A stretch of 64,000 bases of DNA from Bacteroidota bacterium (GCA_947496065.1 CANMBF010000001.1:70018-134017), one strand, 5' to 3'. Shown: positions 41,919-52,960, counted from the first letter of the stretch. Numbers and translations are program-made. Notes: generated by a model from the sequence alone, not told the origin.

Positions 41919-42425
41919 ATGAAGGATCAAAATGTTTGGAATGTTGTTTACACGTCTTCTCGTCAAGAGAAAAAAGTAGCGCAACGCCTTTCTGATATGG
42001 GGGTCGAAAATTATTTACCAATTGTAAAAGTCATTAGTCAGTGGAGCGATAGAAAAAAGTTGATTGAAAAACCGCTTTTTAATGGGTATGTTTTTGTTAA
42101 ATATGTTAAAAATCCAGATGATATATTGAGAGTTACTGGTGTTGCTGGCTATTTAAAATACAACCGCACCAATGCCATTGTTCATCAACATGAAATAGAT
42201 ACCATCAAGTCGCTGATCAATTATGGCTATGATATGACAGCCATTGATCATTCTTCAACCCTCGAAATAGGAGAAAAAGTGATGATTACGGATGGTACTT
42301 TAAAGGGACAGATTGGTGAATTAGTAACAAAAAATGATACCAAGTGGTTTCTAATTTTCTTCGAGCATTTTGGAAATGGTGTACAGGTTAAAATACCATC
42401 TAAATTATTAAAATCAATTAAGTGA
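41919..42425 (+). CDS. upxY: UpxY/NusG-family transcription antiterminator
   Basis: WNVVYTSSRQEKKV, YLP...QWSDRKK..EKPLFNGYVFV, KOW-like GEKVMITDGTLKG. ATG 41919. Confidence 0.92.
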   Translation: MKDQNVWNVVYTSSRQEKKVAQRLSDMGVENYLPIVKVISQWSDRKKLIEKPLFNGYVFVKYVKNPDDILRVTGVAGYLKYNRTNAIVHQHEIDTIKSLINYGYDMTAIDHSSTLEIGEKVMITDGTLKGQIGELVTKNDTKWFLIFFEHFGNGVQVKIPSKLLKSIK

Positions 42426-43276
42426 AAGATACATTCGATTACGAAATAGGCGCAAAAAAAAGTCTGCTGAGTTTCAATTTCAAGGAACTTTGGCGATACC
42501 GCGATTTGATCTCCCTATTGGTGAAAAGAGATTATGTGGCGGTTTATAAACAAACGGTTTTAGGACCTGTATGGTTCTTTATACAACCATTAATTACCTC
42601 GATCATTTTTACTTTAATTTTTGGCAATATTGCTAACTTAGCACCTGAAGGCAAACCACCCTTTTTGTTCTTTTTATGCGGCCAAACTTTTTGGAATTAT
42701 TTTGCATCTTGTTTAACAGCCACCTCTAACACATTTGTTGCCAATGCAAGTGTTTTTGGAAAAGTGTATTTCCCGCGTTTAGCTGTTCCCATTTCAGTTG
42801 TAATTTCTAATTTGCTTAAATTCTCCCTTCAATTCATAATGCTTGTGATTGTTTGGATGTATTATTATTTCGATGGTACCTATAATATTCAAGTTAATCT
42901 TTCATTGTTCTTAATACCAATTTACTTAGTATTAATGGCGCTTATGGGCTTGGGAGCAGGGCTTATTATCTCTTCACTTACCACACGCTACAGAGACTTT
43001 ACATTTCTTGTAGGTTTTGGTGTACAATTATTGATGTGGGCAACACCAGTAGTCTATCATTTAGATACTTTAAAAACCAAAAGTCTTTTAGGCTATCAGT
43101 TTGTTAAGTTTAATCCGATGACTTCTATTATGGAGGCTTCAAAATTTGGTTTTGATTGTGGTGGAAGTTTTGATCCTGCTTTACTCACCTATAGTGCTGT
43201 ATTTGCAGGAGTACTGATGTTGTTTGGCATAGTGATATTTAACCGGGTTGAAAAAACATTTATGGATACAGTATAA
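42422..43276 (+). CDS. wzm: Polysaccharide ABC exporter permease
   Basis: ELWRYRDL, YKQTVLGPVWFFIQP, KVYFPRL, RYRD, NPM. Confidence 0.93.
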   Translation: MKDTFDYEIGAKKSLLSFNFKELWRYRDLISLLVKRDYVAVYKQTVLGPVWFFIQPLITSIIFTLIFGNIANLAPEGKPPFLFFLCGQTFWNYFASCLTATSNTFVANASVFGKVYFPRLAVPISVVISNLLKFSLQFIMLVIVWMYYYFDGTYNIQVNLSLFLIPIYLVLMALMGLGAGLIISSLTTRYRDFTFLVGFGVQLLMWATPVVYHLDTLKTKSLLGYQFVKFNPMTSIMEASKFGFDCGGSFDPALLTYSAVFAGVLMLFGIVIFNRVEKTFMDTV

Positions 43277-44556
43277 TGAACAAAGATGTTGTAATTAAAG
43301 TTGAGAATTTAGGAAAGCAATACCGCTTAGGCGAGATTGGTTCGGGCACCTTTGCAGGTGAATTGGCGCGCTTTATAAAAAATATAAGAGGAAAACAAGC
43401 GGATGATTTAATAACCGATAATGATAGAACCCTACAAGCCAAAAAAGGTGATATTGTATGGGCTGCAAAGGATATAAATTTTGAAGTAAAACGCGGTGAA
43501 GTTTTAGGTATCATTGGAAAAAATGGAGCAGGAAAATCCACCTTGTTAAAAATGCTTTCACGTGTTACAGCGCCAAGTGTAGGAAGTATTAAAGTGAAGG
43601 GTAGAATTGCAAGTCTATTAGAAGTTGGTACCGGTTTTCATCCCGATTTAACGGGGCGCGAAAATATTTTTTTGAATGGCGCCATTTTGGGTATGACCAA
43701 AAATGAAATCCGATCTAAGTTCGACGAAATAGTAGATTTTAGTGGTGTTGCAAGATACATTGACACGCCTGTAAAACGGTACTCATCTGGCATGTATGTG
43801 CGTTTGGCTTTTGCTGTTGCTGCACATTTAGAACCTGAAATCTTAATTGTAGATGAAGTCTTAGCAGTAGGTGATGTAGAATTCCAGAGAAAATGTTTGG
43901 GTAAAATGAAAGACGTGAGTAGCGAGGGTCGCACGGTCATTTTTGTGAGTCATAACATGGGTGCTGTAAAGTCGCTTTGCCAATCGGGTATTGTTATGAA
44001 GAATGGCACCATGGATTTTGCAGGGAATATCAATGATTGTGTATCGCGCTATCTTAAAATTAATACAACCGAAAATGAAGGTGATGTTGTTATTGAGAAA
44101 AAGGGGACTGGCACAGGCGAGGCCCTTATTAAACGCATTCAGTTAATTAATGAAGATGGCAATACAGCAGAATCAGTATTGTATAAATCGCCCATTAAAA
44201 TGAGGGTTTATATTGACTCAAGTGTTACAATACCAAAAGCATCGCTCGATGTCAAAATAAGTGATAAAGATGGCAGTATATTGTTTCATGCGTTAAATAT
44301 ATACCATAACCAAGCTTTGCCTTTACAAGAAGGCGAAAATATTTTTGAAACAGAAATTGATAATCAATTATTGCCCGGTGGATTCTTAGCAAGTATTGGT
44401 GTACATAATGCAGCTACTTATTATACCATGGATTACCAAGAAAATATTATCGCTTTTGAGGTAATAAAAGCAGCAAAAAATGCAGCCGACAGCTATCCTT
44501 ATGAATGGGTGGTAGCACCTGCCATGGCTAAGAGTGATTGGAAAAAAATAAAGTAA
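43276..44556 (+). CDS. wzt: Polysaccharide ABC exporter ATPase with C-terminal Wzt_C domain
   Basis: GKNGAGKS, YSSGM, VDEVLAVGD, VSH, and about 160 aa C-terminal extension. Confidence 0.93.
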   Translation: MNKDVVIKVENLGKQYRLGEIGSGTFAGELARFIKNIRGKQADDLITDNDRTLQAKKGDIVWAAKDINFEVKRGEVLGIIGKNGAGKSTLLKMLSRVTAPSVGSIKVKGRIASLLEVGTGFHPDLTGRENIFLNGAILGMTKNEIRSKFDEIVDFSGVARYIDTPVKRYSSGMYVRLAFAVAAHLEPEILIVDEVLAVGDVEFQRKCLGKMKDVSSEGRTVIFVSHNMGAVKSLCQSGIVMKNGTMDFAGNINDCVSRYLKINTTENEGDVVIEKKGTGTGEALIKRIQLINEDGNTAESVLYKSPIKMRVYIDSSVTIPKASLDVKISDKDGSILFHALNIYHNQALPLQEGENIFETEIDNQLLPGGFLASIGVHNAATYYTMDYQENIIAFEVIKAAKNAADSYPYEWVVAPAMAKSDWKKIK

Positions 44557-44557
44557 A

Positions 44558-45817
44558 TTGAAAATTGCCTGTTTATATAACATGAATAATATCATGGCCC
44601 AAACCTGCCGTTATTTGGCCGATGAGGGACATGATGTAACTTTGTATTTAATCAATGAATATGCACATTTTCATCCAACAGCAGATTCTTATCAACCTTT
44701 AAATTTCAATTTAAAGGAGTATCCATTAGAGAAAACAGAAATCGTAACCATGAGCCGAGCTACATTAAAAAATGAATTCGGACCATATGATTACTTAATG
44801 GGAATAGAATATGCGCCAGCGATTGCCATGCGCATTGGAAAACCATTGCATGTATTCTACTCGGCAGCTACAGATTTATCGCATTATCCTTTTTCGCAAT
44901 ATCAGTATGCAACTGGCGCAACATGGAAAACTGAAGAAAAATATTTGGCTGATTTGCAGTTTTACGGCATCAAATACGCCCACAATATTTCTATGAACAT
45001 GGCACCATTACCCATAGAGAATGCCTTAATAAAGATTGGTTTTAAAGGCCATCGATTTGCAGCTTTGCCCTATTTGTATCTGAAATTGTGGGAGAACAAA
45101 GCAGTATTAAAGGAATCAACTTTAAAAGCAGCGTTCGATGAGGTTAGAAGTCGCTATGATATCTTAATTTTTCATCATATACGCCATGAGTGGGGCGATG
45201 ATACGGATGAGGTTCACCAGAAGGGCAATCATAAATTGATACATGCTTTAAACCACCTAAAAGCGAATTCTGCCAACAAACGAGTGGGCTTGATTACTTT
45301 TGAATACGGCAATTCTGTAGGCAAAACAAAAGAATTAATTAAGGAACTTAATTTAGAGGAGAATGTGGTTTGGTTTCCGGTCAATAAAAGGCGCGACTAT
45401 ATGTATGGCATTTCGATTGTCGATGTATGTGTTGGTCAATTGCACCATAATATGATTACGTATACCTCTTTTGCAGAATACGTAGCTTTAAAAAAGCCTG
45501 TTATCCAATGGTACAAAGGCAGTGAAGAGGAAATGAAGAAACTTCCATTTTTTGCGGTGAGCTCTCAAGATGAATTAAATGAGAAGCTGTTATACCTAAG
45601 TACCCATTTGGATGAAAATACAGTTTTGGCTAAGGCAGCAGAATTTTTTAGATGGTTGGAGGCAGAAAATGTAGAAAAGCCATTGAATGCTATTAGAAAG
45701 GATTTAAAGTTAAAAGTGAATCACGCCTATTTAACTGCATTTGTTTTAGAATTGAGATATAAGTTGATGTTGTTAATTGATAAGATAATTTTCAAATTCA
45801 AATTAAATAAAGTGTAG
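44558..45817 (+). CDS. Putative GT-B fold glycosyltransferase
   Basis: Soluble 419-aa ORF in the operon; QKGNHKLI, DVCVGQL, AEYVALKKPVI resemble degenerate GT4 elements. Confidence 0.55.
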   Translation: MKIACLYNMNNIMAQTCRYLADEGHDVTLYLINEYAHFHPTADSYQPLNFNLKEYPLEKTEIVTMSRATLKNEFGPYDYLMGIEYAPAIAMRIGKPLHVFYSAATDLSHYPFSQYQYATGATWKTEEKYLADLQFYGIKYAHNISMNMAPLPIENALIKIGFKGHRFAALPYLYLKLWENKAVLKESTLKAAFDEVRSRYDILIFHHIRHEWGDDTDEVHQKGNHKLIHALNHLKANSANKRVGLITFEYGNSVGKTKELIKELNLEENVVWFPVNKRRDYMYGISIVDVCVGQLHHNMITYTSFAEYVALKKPVIQWYKGSEEEMKKLPFFAVSSQDELNEKLLYLSTHLDENTVLAKAAEFFRWLEAENVEKPLNAIRKDLKLKVNHAYLTAFVLELRYKLMLLIDKIIFKFKLNKV

Positions 45818-45826
45818 TAATATCCA

Positions 45827-47400
45827 ATGAAACAATTGCTATTTAAATACCTGAAGATTGATCAAGTTATCCAAATACAGTTTGTGTTATCGCTCGTATT
45901 TGGACTTTTTATCACCGTTTTCCCATTTATTTTTCATCCTATCGATTGGGAAGATTATTCAATAACTTTCAATGGTACCTGGCTCATGTACAATGGTTAT
46001 GCGCCTTATACCGATTTTGGCATTCCAACAGGTATTGGCAGTTTTATTTTTCCTTATCTTTCCTTCCTCCTATTTGGTCCGAATTATAATTCCCTTTACA
46101 TCATGCAAGCCATAGAGCATGGTTTATTAATTTATGCATGTTATTTGTTTTTTGGCACCTTTATTAAATCGAATGTAAATAAAAAACTAGCATTTAGTAT
46201 TACGGTAATTATCTTATCACTCTTTGTAATATTTAATGTAAAAGCGCAGTTTTACAACAGTGAATTTTTGTTGTTTGAATTGTTTTCATTTGTGTTTGTA
46301 TTGCGTGCCATTCAAGCTGGCACTATAAAAGGCAGCATTATTAATAGTGGTTTGGTGGCATTATTTGTTTTTTTGACCTTGCAAGTAAAGCAGGATTATG
46401 GGGTTTTTAATTTCCTAATTATTGCGATTGTATTACTGTTATATACCATTAAAAATAAAAACTTTGTTCAGTTCATCACATTTGTTTTATGCTTTTGTTT
46501 TTTTGTTGGCATTTTTCTTTACATAGTAGATTGGAATCAATTCATCTATTGGTTTAATTTAGGTCAATCATCAGGATCAAAGACTGGATTAATTTCGAAA
46601 TTGAAATTATGTTTCGAAAAAAATGATGCCATTACACTTTTGGTTTTGATTGTAATTGCAGCCTTATTGTTTACAAGGCAAAGAACCAAGGAGAACGCAT
46701 TCTATATATTTCCACTGATTATTATCGTTGGTTTTGGGGTGCAGAATATACTAACACTCTCTACCAGTAATTTTCCATATTTAAATTATGCTGTTGCATT
46801 TTTAGTAGCTACCATATTAGTACAACTTTTCCACCTTTTAAAGTTTGATTTTAGGGCATTATTAACTGTAAATTTTGCATTGCTTATTTTTCTTTATCTT
46901 AACATAAATCAGGTTTATAAATCTATTTATTATTTTCATCCAAATGGTTTATTAGGAACAAAAGCAATGACAGAAAAGTCGAGATTTAAAGCGCTAGGAA
47001 TAAGCAGAAACTACAAGACCAATGGAGACGATTTTCAGTATTGTATAAATTTATTAGATTCTGTTTATAAAGTAAAGAAAGCGCCCTTGGTCATTGCAAA
47101 TTTTACATCCCTTCCAGTCGAAATGCAGGTTCCAAGCAAAAGGATAGTGGTCTTCCTTTATGGCCAGATAACAATGTATTATTGTTTAATAGAGAGAAAA
47201 AACGTTATTTAAATTTATTAGAAAAAAAGCAATTCGACTTAATTTTTATACTTGAGTTAGATTTTGCAGGATATAATTTTACAAATAAGGTATTTAAAGA
47301 AGAAGCATTTGAAAACTACAAAATAGCTAAACGGTTTGGATTAACATATTATAATGATAGTAGACAAATTGTAGTTTTAGAAAAAAAGACGCAAATATAG
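45827..47400 (+). pseudogene. Polytopic membrane protein split by a one-base frameshift (real or sequencing error)
   Basis: ORF 45827..47212 (PYTDFGIP, KQDYG) continues in the -1 frame as KDSGLPLWPDNNVLLFNRE... to a stop at 47400, 1 nt before the next gene. Confidence 0.7.
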
Positions 47401-47401
47401 A

Positions 47402-48337
47402 ATGAAACAAAAGTGGATTAAAAAAGGTTTAGTTTTTGACCCAACTAAAAGTGGTTTAATTGAAAAAAATACGATAGGATTTTCAGCAGTTCCTTTTGTC
47501 TTAACCATTTTAAAAGAGGATGGAATCTACCGTGTTTTTTTTTCGGCAAGAGATGAACAAAACCGATCTCTTCCATTTTTCATTGATTATAATTTTGATG
47601 AAGAGAAAGTAATCAGAGAATCTGAACAATTATTACCTTTAGGCGAACTGGGTGCCTTTGATGATAGCGGTATCATGTTAACCTCTATAATTGAAAAGGA
47701 AGGTAAGCTTTATTTATTTTACATAGGTTGGAATTTAGGGGTGACTGTGCCTTTTAGAAACGCGATAGGATTGGCAATTAGTGAAGATGGTGGAAACACT
47801 TTTAAAAAGCAATTTAGAGGCCCTATAATAGACAGAAATTATTTAGAACCACATTTTGTAGCCTCGAATTGTGTGATTAATTACAAAGGAGGGTATATGA
47901 TGTATTATTTATCTTGTATTGGATGGGAAAAAATAGAGGGTAAAACCATGCACCGCTACCATATCAAATGGGCAACTTCGAATGACTTGATCCACTGGGA
48001 AAGAAATAACAATGTAGCCATCGATTTTGCTTACCCAAATGAGTATGCTATATCTGTACCACGCGTTTTAATAACAAATGAAGGATTTAGAATGTGGTAC
48101 TCCTACAGAGGAGGCCCCTATTCAGAAAAATACCGCATTGGGTATGCCGAATCGGAAGATGGCAAACTCTGGGTTAGGAAGGATGAATTAGTCGGGTTGG
48201 AAACTACTGAAAATGCTTGGGACAGCGACATGGTGTGTTATCCATGTGTATTCGAACACAATGGTCAATTACACATGCTATACAACGGTAACGATTACGG
48301 ACGAACAGGCATAGGGCTTGCAATTCTTGAGGTATAG
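47402..48337 (+). CDS. Five-bladed beta-propeller GH32/GH43/GH130-like protein
   Basis: Repeated LFYIGW..IGLAISEDG, YRIGYAESEDG..W, YNGNDYGRTGIGLA blades; no signal peptide. Confidence 0.7.
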   Translation: MKQKWIKKGLVFDPTKSGLIEKNTIGFSAVPFVLTILKEDGIYRVFFSARDEQNRSLPFFIDYNFDEEKVIRESEQLLPLGELGAFDDSGIMLTSIIEKEGKLYLFYIGWNLGVTVPFRNAIGLAISEDGGNTFKKQFRGPIIDRNYLEPHFVASNCVINYKGGYMMYYLSCIGWEKIEGKTMHRYHIKWATSNDLIHWERNNNVAIDFAYPNEYAISVPRVLITNEGFRMWYSYRGGPYSEKYRIGYAESEDGKLWVRKDELVGLETTENAWDSDMVCYPCVFEHNGQLHMLYNGNDYGRTGIGLAILEV

Positions 48338-48423
48338 CCAATTCGAAAGAAGAAAGAATTTGGTAAATTCTAAAATATTAAAATCGCGAAATTTAAAAAT
48401 AAATCAATCATAAAAATCAGACA

Positions 48424-49119
48424 ATGAAATCTTGTATCATTACACAATCGAACTATATTCCTTGGAAAGGGTATTTTGATAGCATCAACCAAGTAGATAT
48501 TTTTGTTATTTATGATGATATGCAATATACCAAGCGCGATTGGAGAAACAGAAATTATATCAAAACACCCCAAGGGCTTAAGTGGTTATCGATTCCAGTG
48601 GAAGTAAGTGGTAAGTTTCATCAAAAAATCAATGAAACCCTTATTTCCGATAAATCTTGGAACCGTTCGCATTGGGAAAGTATCAAACAGAACTATAAAG
48701 ACGCACCATGTTTTAAGGATAATAAGGATTGGCTTGAAAACTTATACATGACTTGCAATTTTGACAGGCTAACAGATGTCAATGAATTTTTTATAAAAGA
48801 AATTGGAACTTACCTTGGAATAATAACCGAATACAGGCGTTCAGAGGAATTTGAGCTGTGTGAGGATAGAACACAAAAAATGGTAGATATTTGTGTTGAA
48901 TTAGGCGCTACCCAATATTATACTGGTCCAAATGCTAAACAGTATATTGAAGAGGATAAATTCCTTCTCAATGGCGTTAAACTTAATTATTTCGATTACT
49001 CAGGCTATCAGGAATACGCTCAATTATATGATGGATTTGAGCATGGTGTTTCGATTATTGACATGATACTAAACTTAGGTAAGGAAACGACACAATATAT
49101 GAAATCATTTAAAAAATGA
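48424..49119 (+). CDS. WbqC-family protein
   Basis: QSNYIPWKGYFD, YDDMQYTKRDWRNRN.IKT, SIIDMILN. Confidence 0.9.
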   Translation: MKSCIITQSNYIPWKGYFDSINQVDIFVIYDDMQYTKRDWRNRNYIKTPQGLKWLSIPVEVSGKFHQKINETLISDKSWNRSHWESIKQNYKDAPCFKDNKDWLENLYMTCNFDRLTDVNEFFIKEIGTYLGIITEYRRSEEFELCEDRTQKMVDICVELGATQYYTGPNAKQYIEEDKFLLNGVKLNYFDYSGYQEYAQLYDGFEHGVSIIDMILNLGKETTQYMKSFKK

Positions 49120-49784
49120 AAACCAAAAAATTAATAATTATAGGCAATACCAATAATGCCAAATTAGCGCATTATTATTTTAAAATTGACAGCGAATATG
49201 ATGTTGTTGGCTTTTCAGTTGATAAAGCCTATATCACTGAAGAAAGCTTCTGTGGTTTACCTGTTTTGCCGCTCGAAACACTAGCAGAAACTCATCCGAC
49301 ATCAGACTATGATGCATTCATTGGAATTGGCTATTCAAAGATGAATAAAATTAGGGAAGATAAATACAACCACTTGAAAGCTTTGGGTTATAAACTTCCA
49401 AATTATATTAGCACTAAATGTAGTTTCTTAACGGAGGAACCAATTGGGGATAATAATTTAATATTAGAAGACAATACCATTCAACCATTTGTATCAATTG
49501 GTTCAAATAATGTATTTTGGTCGGGCAATCACATTGGTCATGATGTTGTGATTGGCAATCATAATTTTATTTCCTCTCATGTGGTCATTTCTGGTTTTAC
49601 CAGCATCGGAAACAATGTGTTTTTGGGTGTGAATTCAACCTTTAGAGATGCCATAAAAATTGGGGATGCTACGCTAGTGGCAGCAGGCGCCATTATAATG
49701 AAGGACACCCAGGTTGGAGAAGTGCATTTACCAGCACGCTCAACCTTGTTTAGTAAAAAAAGCAATGAGATAGAGATATCATAA
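49116..49784 (+). CDS. Hexapeptide-repeat acyltransferase (NeuD/PglD-like)
   Basis: N-terminal Rossmann-like domain plus left-handed beta-helix repeats, with HIGHD. Confidence 0.85.
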   Translation: MKTKKLIIIGNTNNAKLAHYYFKIDSEYDVVGFSVDKAYITEESFCGLPVLPLETLAETHPTSDYDAFIGIGYSKMNKIREDKYNHLKALGYKLPNYISTKCSFLTEEPIGDNNLILEDNTIQPFVSIGSNNVFWSGNHIGHDVVIGNHNFISSHVVISGFTSIGNNVFLGVNSTFRDAIKIGDATLVAAGAIIMKDTQVGEVHLPARSTLFSKKSNEIEIS

Positions 49785-49810
49785 GTAAGAAATAATTAAA
49801 AAACAGAAAA

Positions 49811-50959
49811 ATGATATATTTTAATAAGCCACACCTTACAGGTAAAGAGTATGAATATATTGCAGATGCGGTGAGTTCTAAAAAAATATCTGGCAATGGA
49901 AAATACACACAACTTTGCCAACAATATTTTCAAAATCGCTACCATTTCAACAAATGTTTACTAACCACCTCTTGTACAGATGCCTTAGAAATGGCCGCCA
50001 TCCTTATCAATCTTCAACCTGGCGATGAAGTGATAATGCCTTCCTACACTTTTGTAAGCACTGCAAATGCGTTTGTATTGCGTGGTGCAAAAATTGTATT
50101 TGCCGACTCTATGCAAGACAATCCAAACATGGATGCAGAAACAATAGAGGCGCTAATAACACCAAAAACAAAAGCAATCGTGCCGGTGCATTATGCAGGT
50201 ATTGCTTGCGACATGGATAAAATTATGGCTTTGGCTGCCAAACACAACCTGTTTGTAATCGAAGATGCGGCACAAGCCATCGATAGCTATTATACGGGTA
50301 ATGATGGTGTTAAGCGACCACTTGGGTCCATCGGAAACATGGCCGCTTTTTCTTTTCATGAAACAAAAAATATTATTTCAGGCGAAGGGGGTATGTTGGT
50401 GATAAATGATAAAAAGTTTGAAGCCAGAGCCGAAATTATTTGGGAGAAGGGTACCAATCGCTCCGCCTTTTTTAGAGGTGAGGTCGATAAATATGGTTGG
50501 GTGGATGTTGGAAGTTCTTTCCTTCCTTCCGAAATTATAGCAGCTTTTTTATACGCCCAATTAGAACATTTGGATGCCATACAGAATAAGCGTATTGAAC
50601 TTTGGAACCAATACATGACAGAATTAAAACCTTTGTCGGAAAGCGGATTGTTTACATTGCCTTTTGTTCCAAACTATGCATCTAACAATGCCCACATGTT
50701 TTATCTGATGTTTGAAAGCTTACAAAAAAGAACTTTAGCAATTGAGCATTTAAAAAAGAATGAAATTAATTCAGTTTTTCATTACCTGAGTTTGCACAGT
50801 AGTCCTTTTTATAAGGACAAGCACGATGGTAGAGATTTAAAATATTCAGATTTATATTCAGACGGGTTGCTCAGGTTGCCCATGTTTTACGACCTAGCGC
50901 CTAATGATATTAAAAAAATTGCTGAAGTATTTTCAACAATTGAAGTTGCGACTCCCTAA
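49811..50959 (+). CDS. wecE: dTDP-4-amino-4,6-dideoxygalactose transaminase
   Basis: LTTSCTDALEM, MPSYTFVSTANAF, SFHETKN, IWEKGTNRS.FFRGEVDKYGWVD.GSS. Confidence 0.9.
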   Translation: MIYFNKPHLTGKEYEYIADAVSSKKISGNGKYTQLCQQYFQNRYHFNKCLLTTSCTDALEMAAILINLQPGDEVIMPSYTFVSTANAFVLRGAKIVFADSMQDNPNMDAETIEALITPKTKAIVPVHYAGIACDMDKIMALAAKHNLFVIEDAAQAIDSYYTGNDGVKRPLGSIGNMAAFSFHETKNIISGEGGMLVINDKKFEARAEIIWEKGTNRSAFFRGEVDKYGWVDVGSSFLPSEIIAAFLYAQLEHLDAIQNKRIELWNQYMTELKPLSESGLFTLPFVPNYASNNAHMFYLMFESLQKRTLAIEHLKKNEINSVFHYLSLHSSPFYKDKHDGRDLKYSDLYSDGLLRLPMFYDLAPNDIKKIAEVFSTIEVATP

Positions 50960-50995
50960 CCATCGTTTTCTAATTTCCTTAATACTTAAATAATA

Positions 50996-52903
50996 ATGTT
51001 ACTATTTCAACTATTTATTGGTATTGTTTTGTGTATGGCCTTGAGCTGGGTATTTTCATTTGTAATTATTTATGAAAAACCTGTTCTTAATATTGAAAAT
51101 ATTATAGTAAGGTTTGTAGTTGGAATGATGCTAATAGCATTAGTAACTTCGCTAATAGCCACCAGAGGAAATACCATTTTAATACTTGCTATACCTACCT
51201 TATGCTTCGTTGGATATTTAAATTACAAAAAAAGTATATTTAAGCATGGTTTGTTTTTCAATGCAAAAGATGCAATTGCAATTTTGATATTCTTCTCAAT
51301 AGCCTTATTGATTGCGTATTTAAATATTTATGGTGTCGAATACTTGGGAATGAAAGTTCCTGTCAACGACCAAGCGTTTTACTCAACCACCGCAAGTGGC
51401 TTGATAGATACGCATATGGAATCTACCATTGCTTATTTAGCACCTTATTATAAATATAAAACCCTTAATGTTCCCTATCATTATTTTGAATATTGGCTGA
51501 CTTATGCCGTTGTAAACCTTACCCAATTTAATACCCATTTAATTCTCAATGGGATTGTCTACGGTTTTTGTATTTTCTGTACTTTTCTTGCATTTTACGT
51601 TATACTGCGAAATTGGTTTAAAAAAGATACATTAATAATCATTATTTGTTCCGTTGTTTTTATAAGTATTCGTGGAATTCTTCATTATACTAATCAAACC
51701 AATGAAAATTTTGTGCAAGCAACGGATAGCATTTTTTTTGACTGCAATCAAAAATTAGTTTTTATTTTGCCAATGTTTCTGCTTGGTTTATACTTTGATT
51801 TAAAAAACAATGTGCAATTTGGACTTCTCCTGTTGCTACTTTTACCTGCTATGAACATTGTTTTACTACCGTCAATTTTAGGGGGAATAATAGTCTTTTT
51901 GTCATATCAATTATTAAGTAATATTCGAGCATATAAAGTATTTTTTCAATCCTATTTACTGATTATTTTAGCGATTTTATTTTTTGTGATATTGGTTGTA
52001 TTTTATCAAAAATTTATTGCCTTAAATTTAGGAAATGCAGCGATTGTGACAAGTATAGGGGGTGTGCTTAATTGCATACTTTCTAACGGATTAAAATGGG
52101 TACTGATAAATGCTATCATTTTAATTCTAATAGGAGTACTCCTACTAAAAAATGCGAATAAGGAGGCTTGGAGTATTTTTGTACTTTGTATAGGTATTGT
52201 TGGGAGCGGTATAATTGGTTATGCATTGTTTGATACCAATCAGAATGCTTGGCAAATATATTCAAGTGGGGCCAGGTTTGGTGGCTATGCACTGTATTTA
52301 TTAATTCCCTTTCTACTGGTTACTAAATCCAATTGGTTGCAGCGCTCTGTAAAAATTTTAGGCGTACTGGCTATTTTAATGTTTATTGAAAATTACAACA
52401 ACATTCAATATTTGCCAATGAAAAAAATATCTGCTTATTCTCCAACCTATATCAATGCAATTGGTAAATTTAAATTTAAAAATAAAATTGGAATAAAATA
52501 CGTTAACATTACTAATCGACCTAATTTACAAAGAAATCCAGTTTATGCGGGGGTTTGCAATTATTTGGTTTTAACACAAAATGCTACGTCTACCGTTGTA
52601 TTAAATGTGGAAGATTTGCTAATTGGAAATAAGGAAGATACTGTATACAATTTAGAAAAGCTTTCCAAGGACATTTTAAACATGGAAATTATTAATTTAT
52701 CGCCCTTTTTTAATGATTGTCAATTAAAGCGTCAAAACATAACTAAAATGGAATTATTGGCTATTCAAAAACAATTTATTTTAAGAAGAAAGCCTGAATT
52801 TTGTGTAGTTGAAAGAGGAGTCAATATACCATTATATTTAAAGATAAAATCAAAAGTAATTGATAAGGTTACAGGGGAGCAATTCCTTCTTTTGAATTAC
52901 TAA
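50996..52903 (+). CDS. Large polytopic membrane protein (possible GT-C)
   Basis: About 13 hydrophobic segments, DQAFY and PYHYFEYWL loop motifs, soluble C-terminal tail. Confidence 0.65.
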   Translation: MLLFQLFIGIVLCMALSWVFSFVIIYEKPVLNIENIIVRFVVGMMLIALVTSLIATRGNTILILAIPTLCFVGYLNYKKSIFKHGLFFNAKDAIAILIFFSIALLIAYLNIYGVEYLGMKVPVNDQAFYSTTASGLIDTHMESTIAYLAPYYKYKTLNVPYHYFEYWLTYAVVNLTQFNTHLILNGIVYGFCIFCTFLAFYVILRNWFKKDTLIIIICSVVFISIRGILHYTNQTNENFVQATDSIFFDCNQKLVFILPMFLLGLYFDLKNNVQFGLLLLLLLPAMNIVLLPSILGGIIVFLSYQLLSNIRAYKVFFQSYLLIILAILFFVILVVFYQKFIALNLGNAAIVTSIGGVLNCILSNGLKWVLINAIILILIGVLLLKNANKEAWSIFVLCIGIVGSGIIGYALFDTNQNAWQIYSSGARFGGYALYLLIPFLLVTKSNWLQRSVKILGVLAILMFIENYNNIQYLPMKKISAYSPTYINAIGKFKFKNKIGIKYVNITNRPNLQRNPVYAGVCNYLVLTQNATSTVVLNVEDLLIGNKEDTVYNLEKLSKDILNMEIINLSPFFNDCQLKRQNITKMELLAIQKQFILRRKPEFCVVERGVNIPLYLKIKSKVIDKVTGEQFLLLNY

Positions 52904-52960
52904 TTTCATCTTTGGATAAAAAATACTGACAAATAGATTATAAAACTTAATAATAAGAAA

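Noticed and set aside
41146..41919. Invertible promoter upstream of upxY as in Bacteroides capsule loci
   Set aside because: No convincing pair of inverted repeats flanking a promoter, and no recombinase gene in the window.
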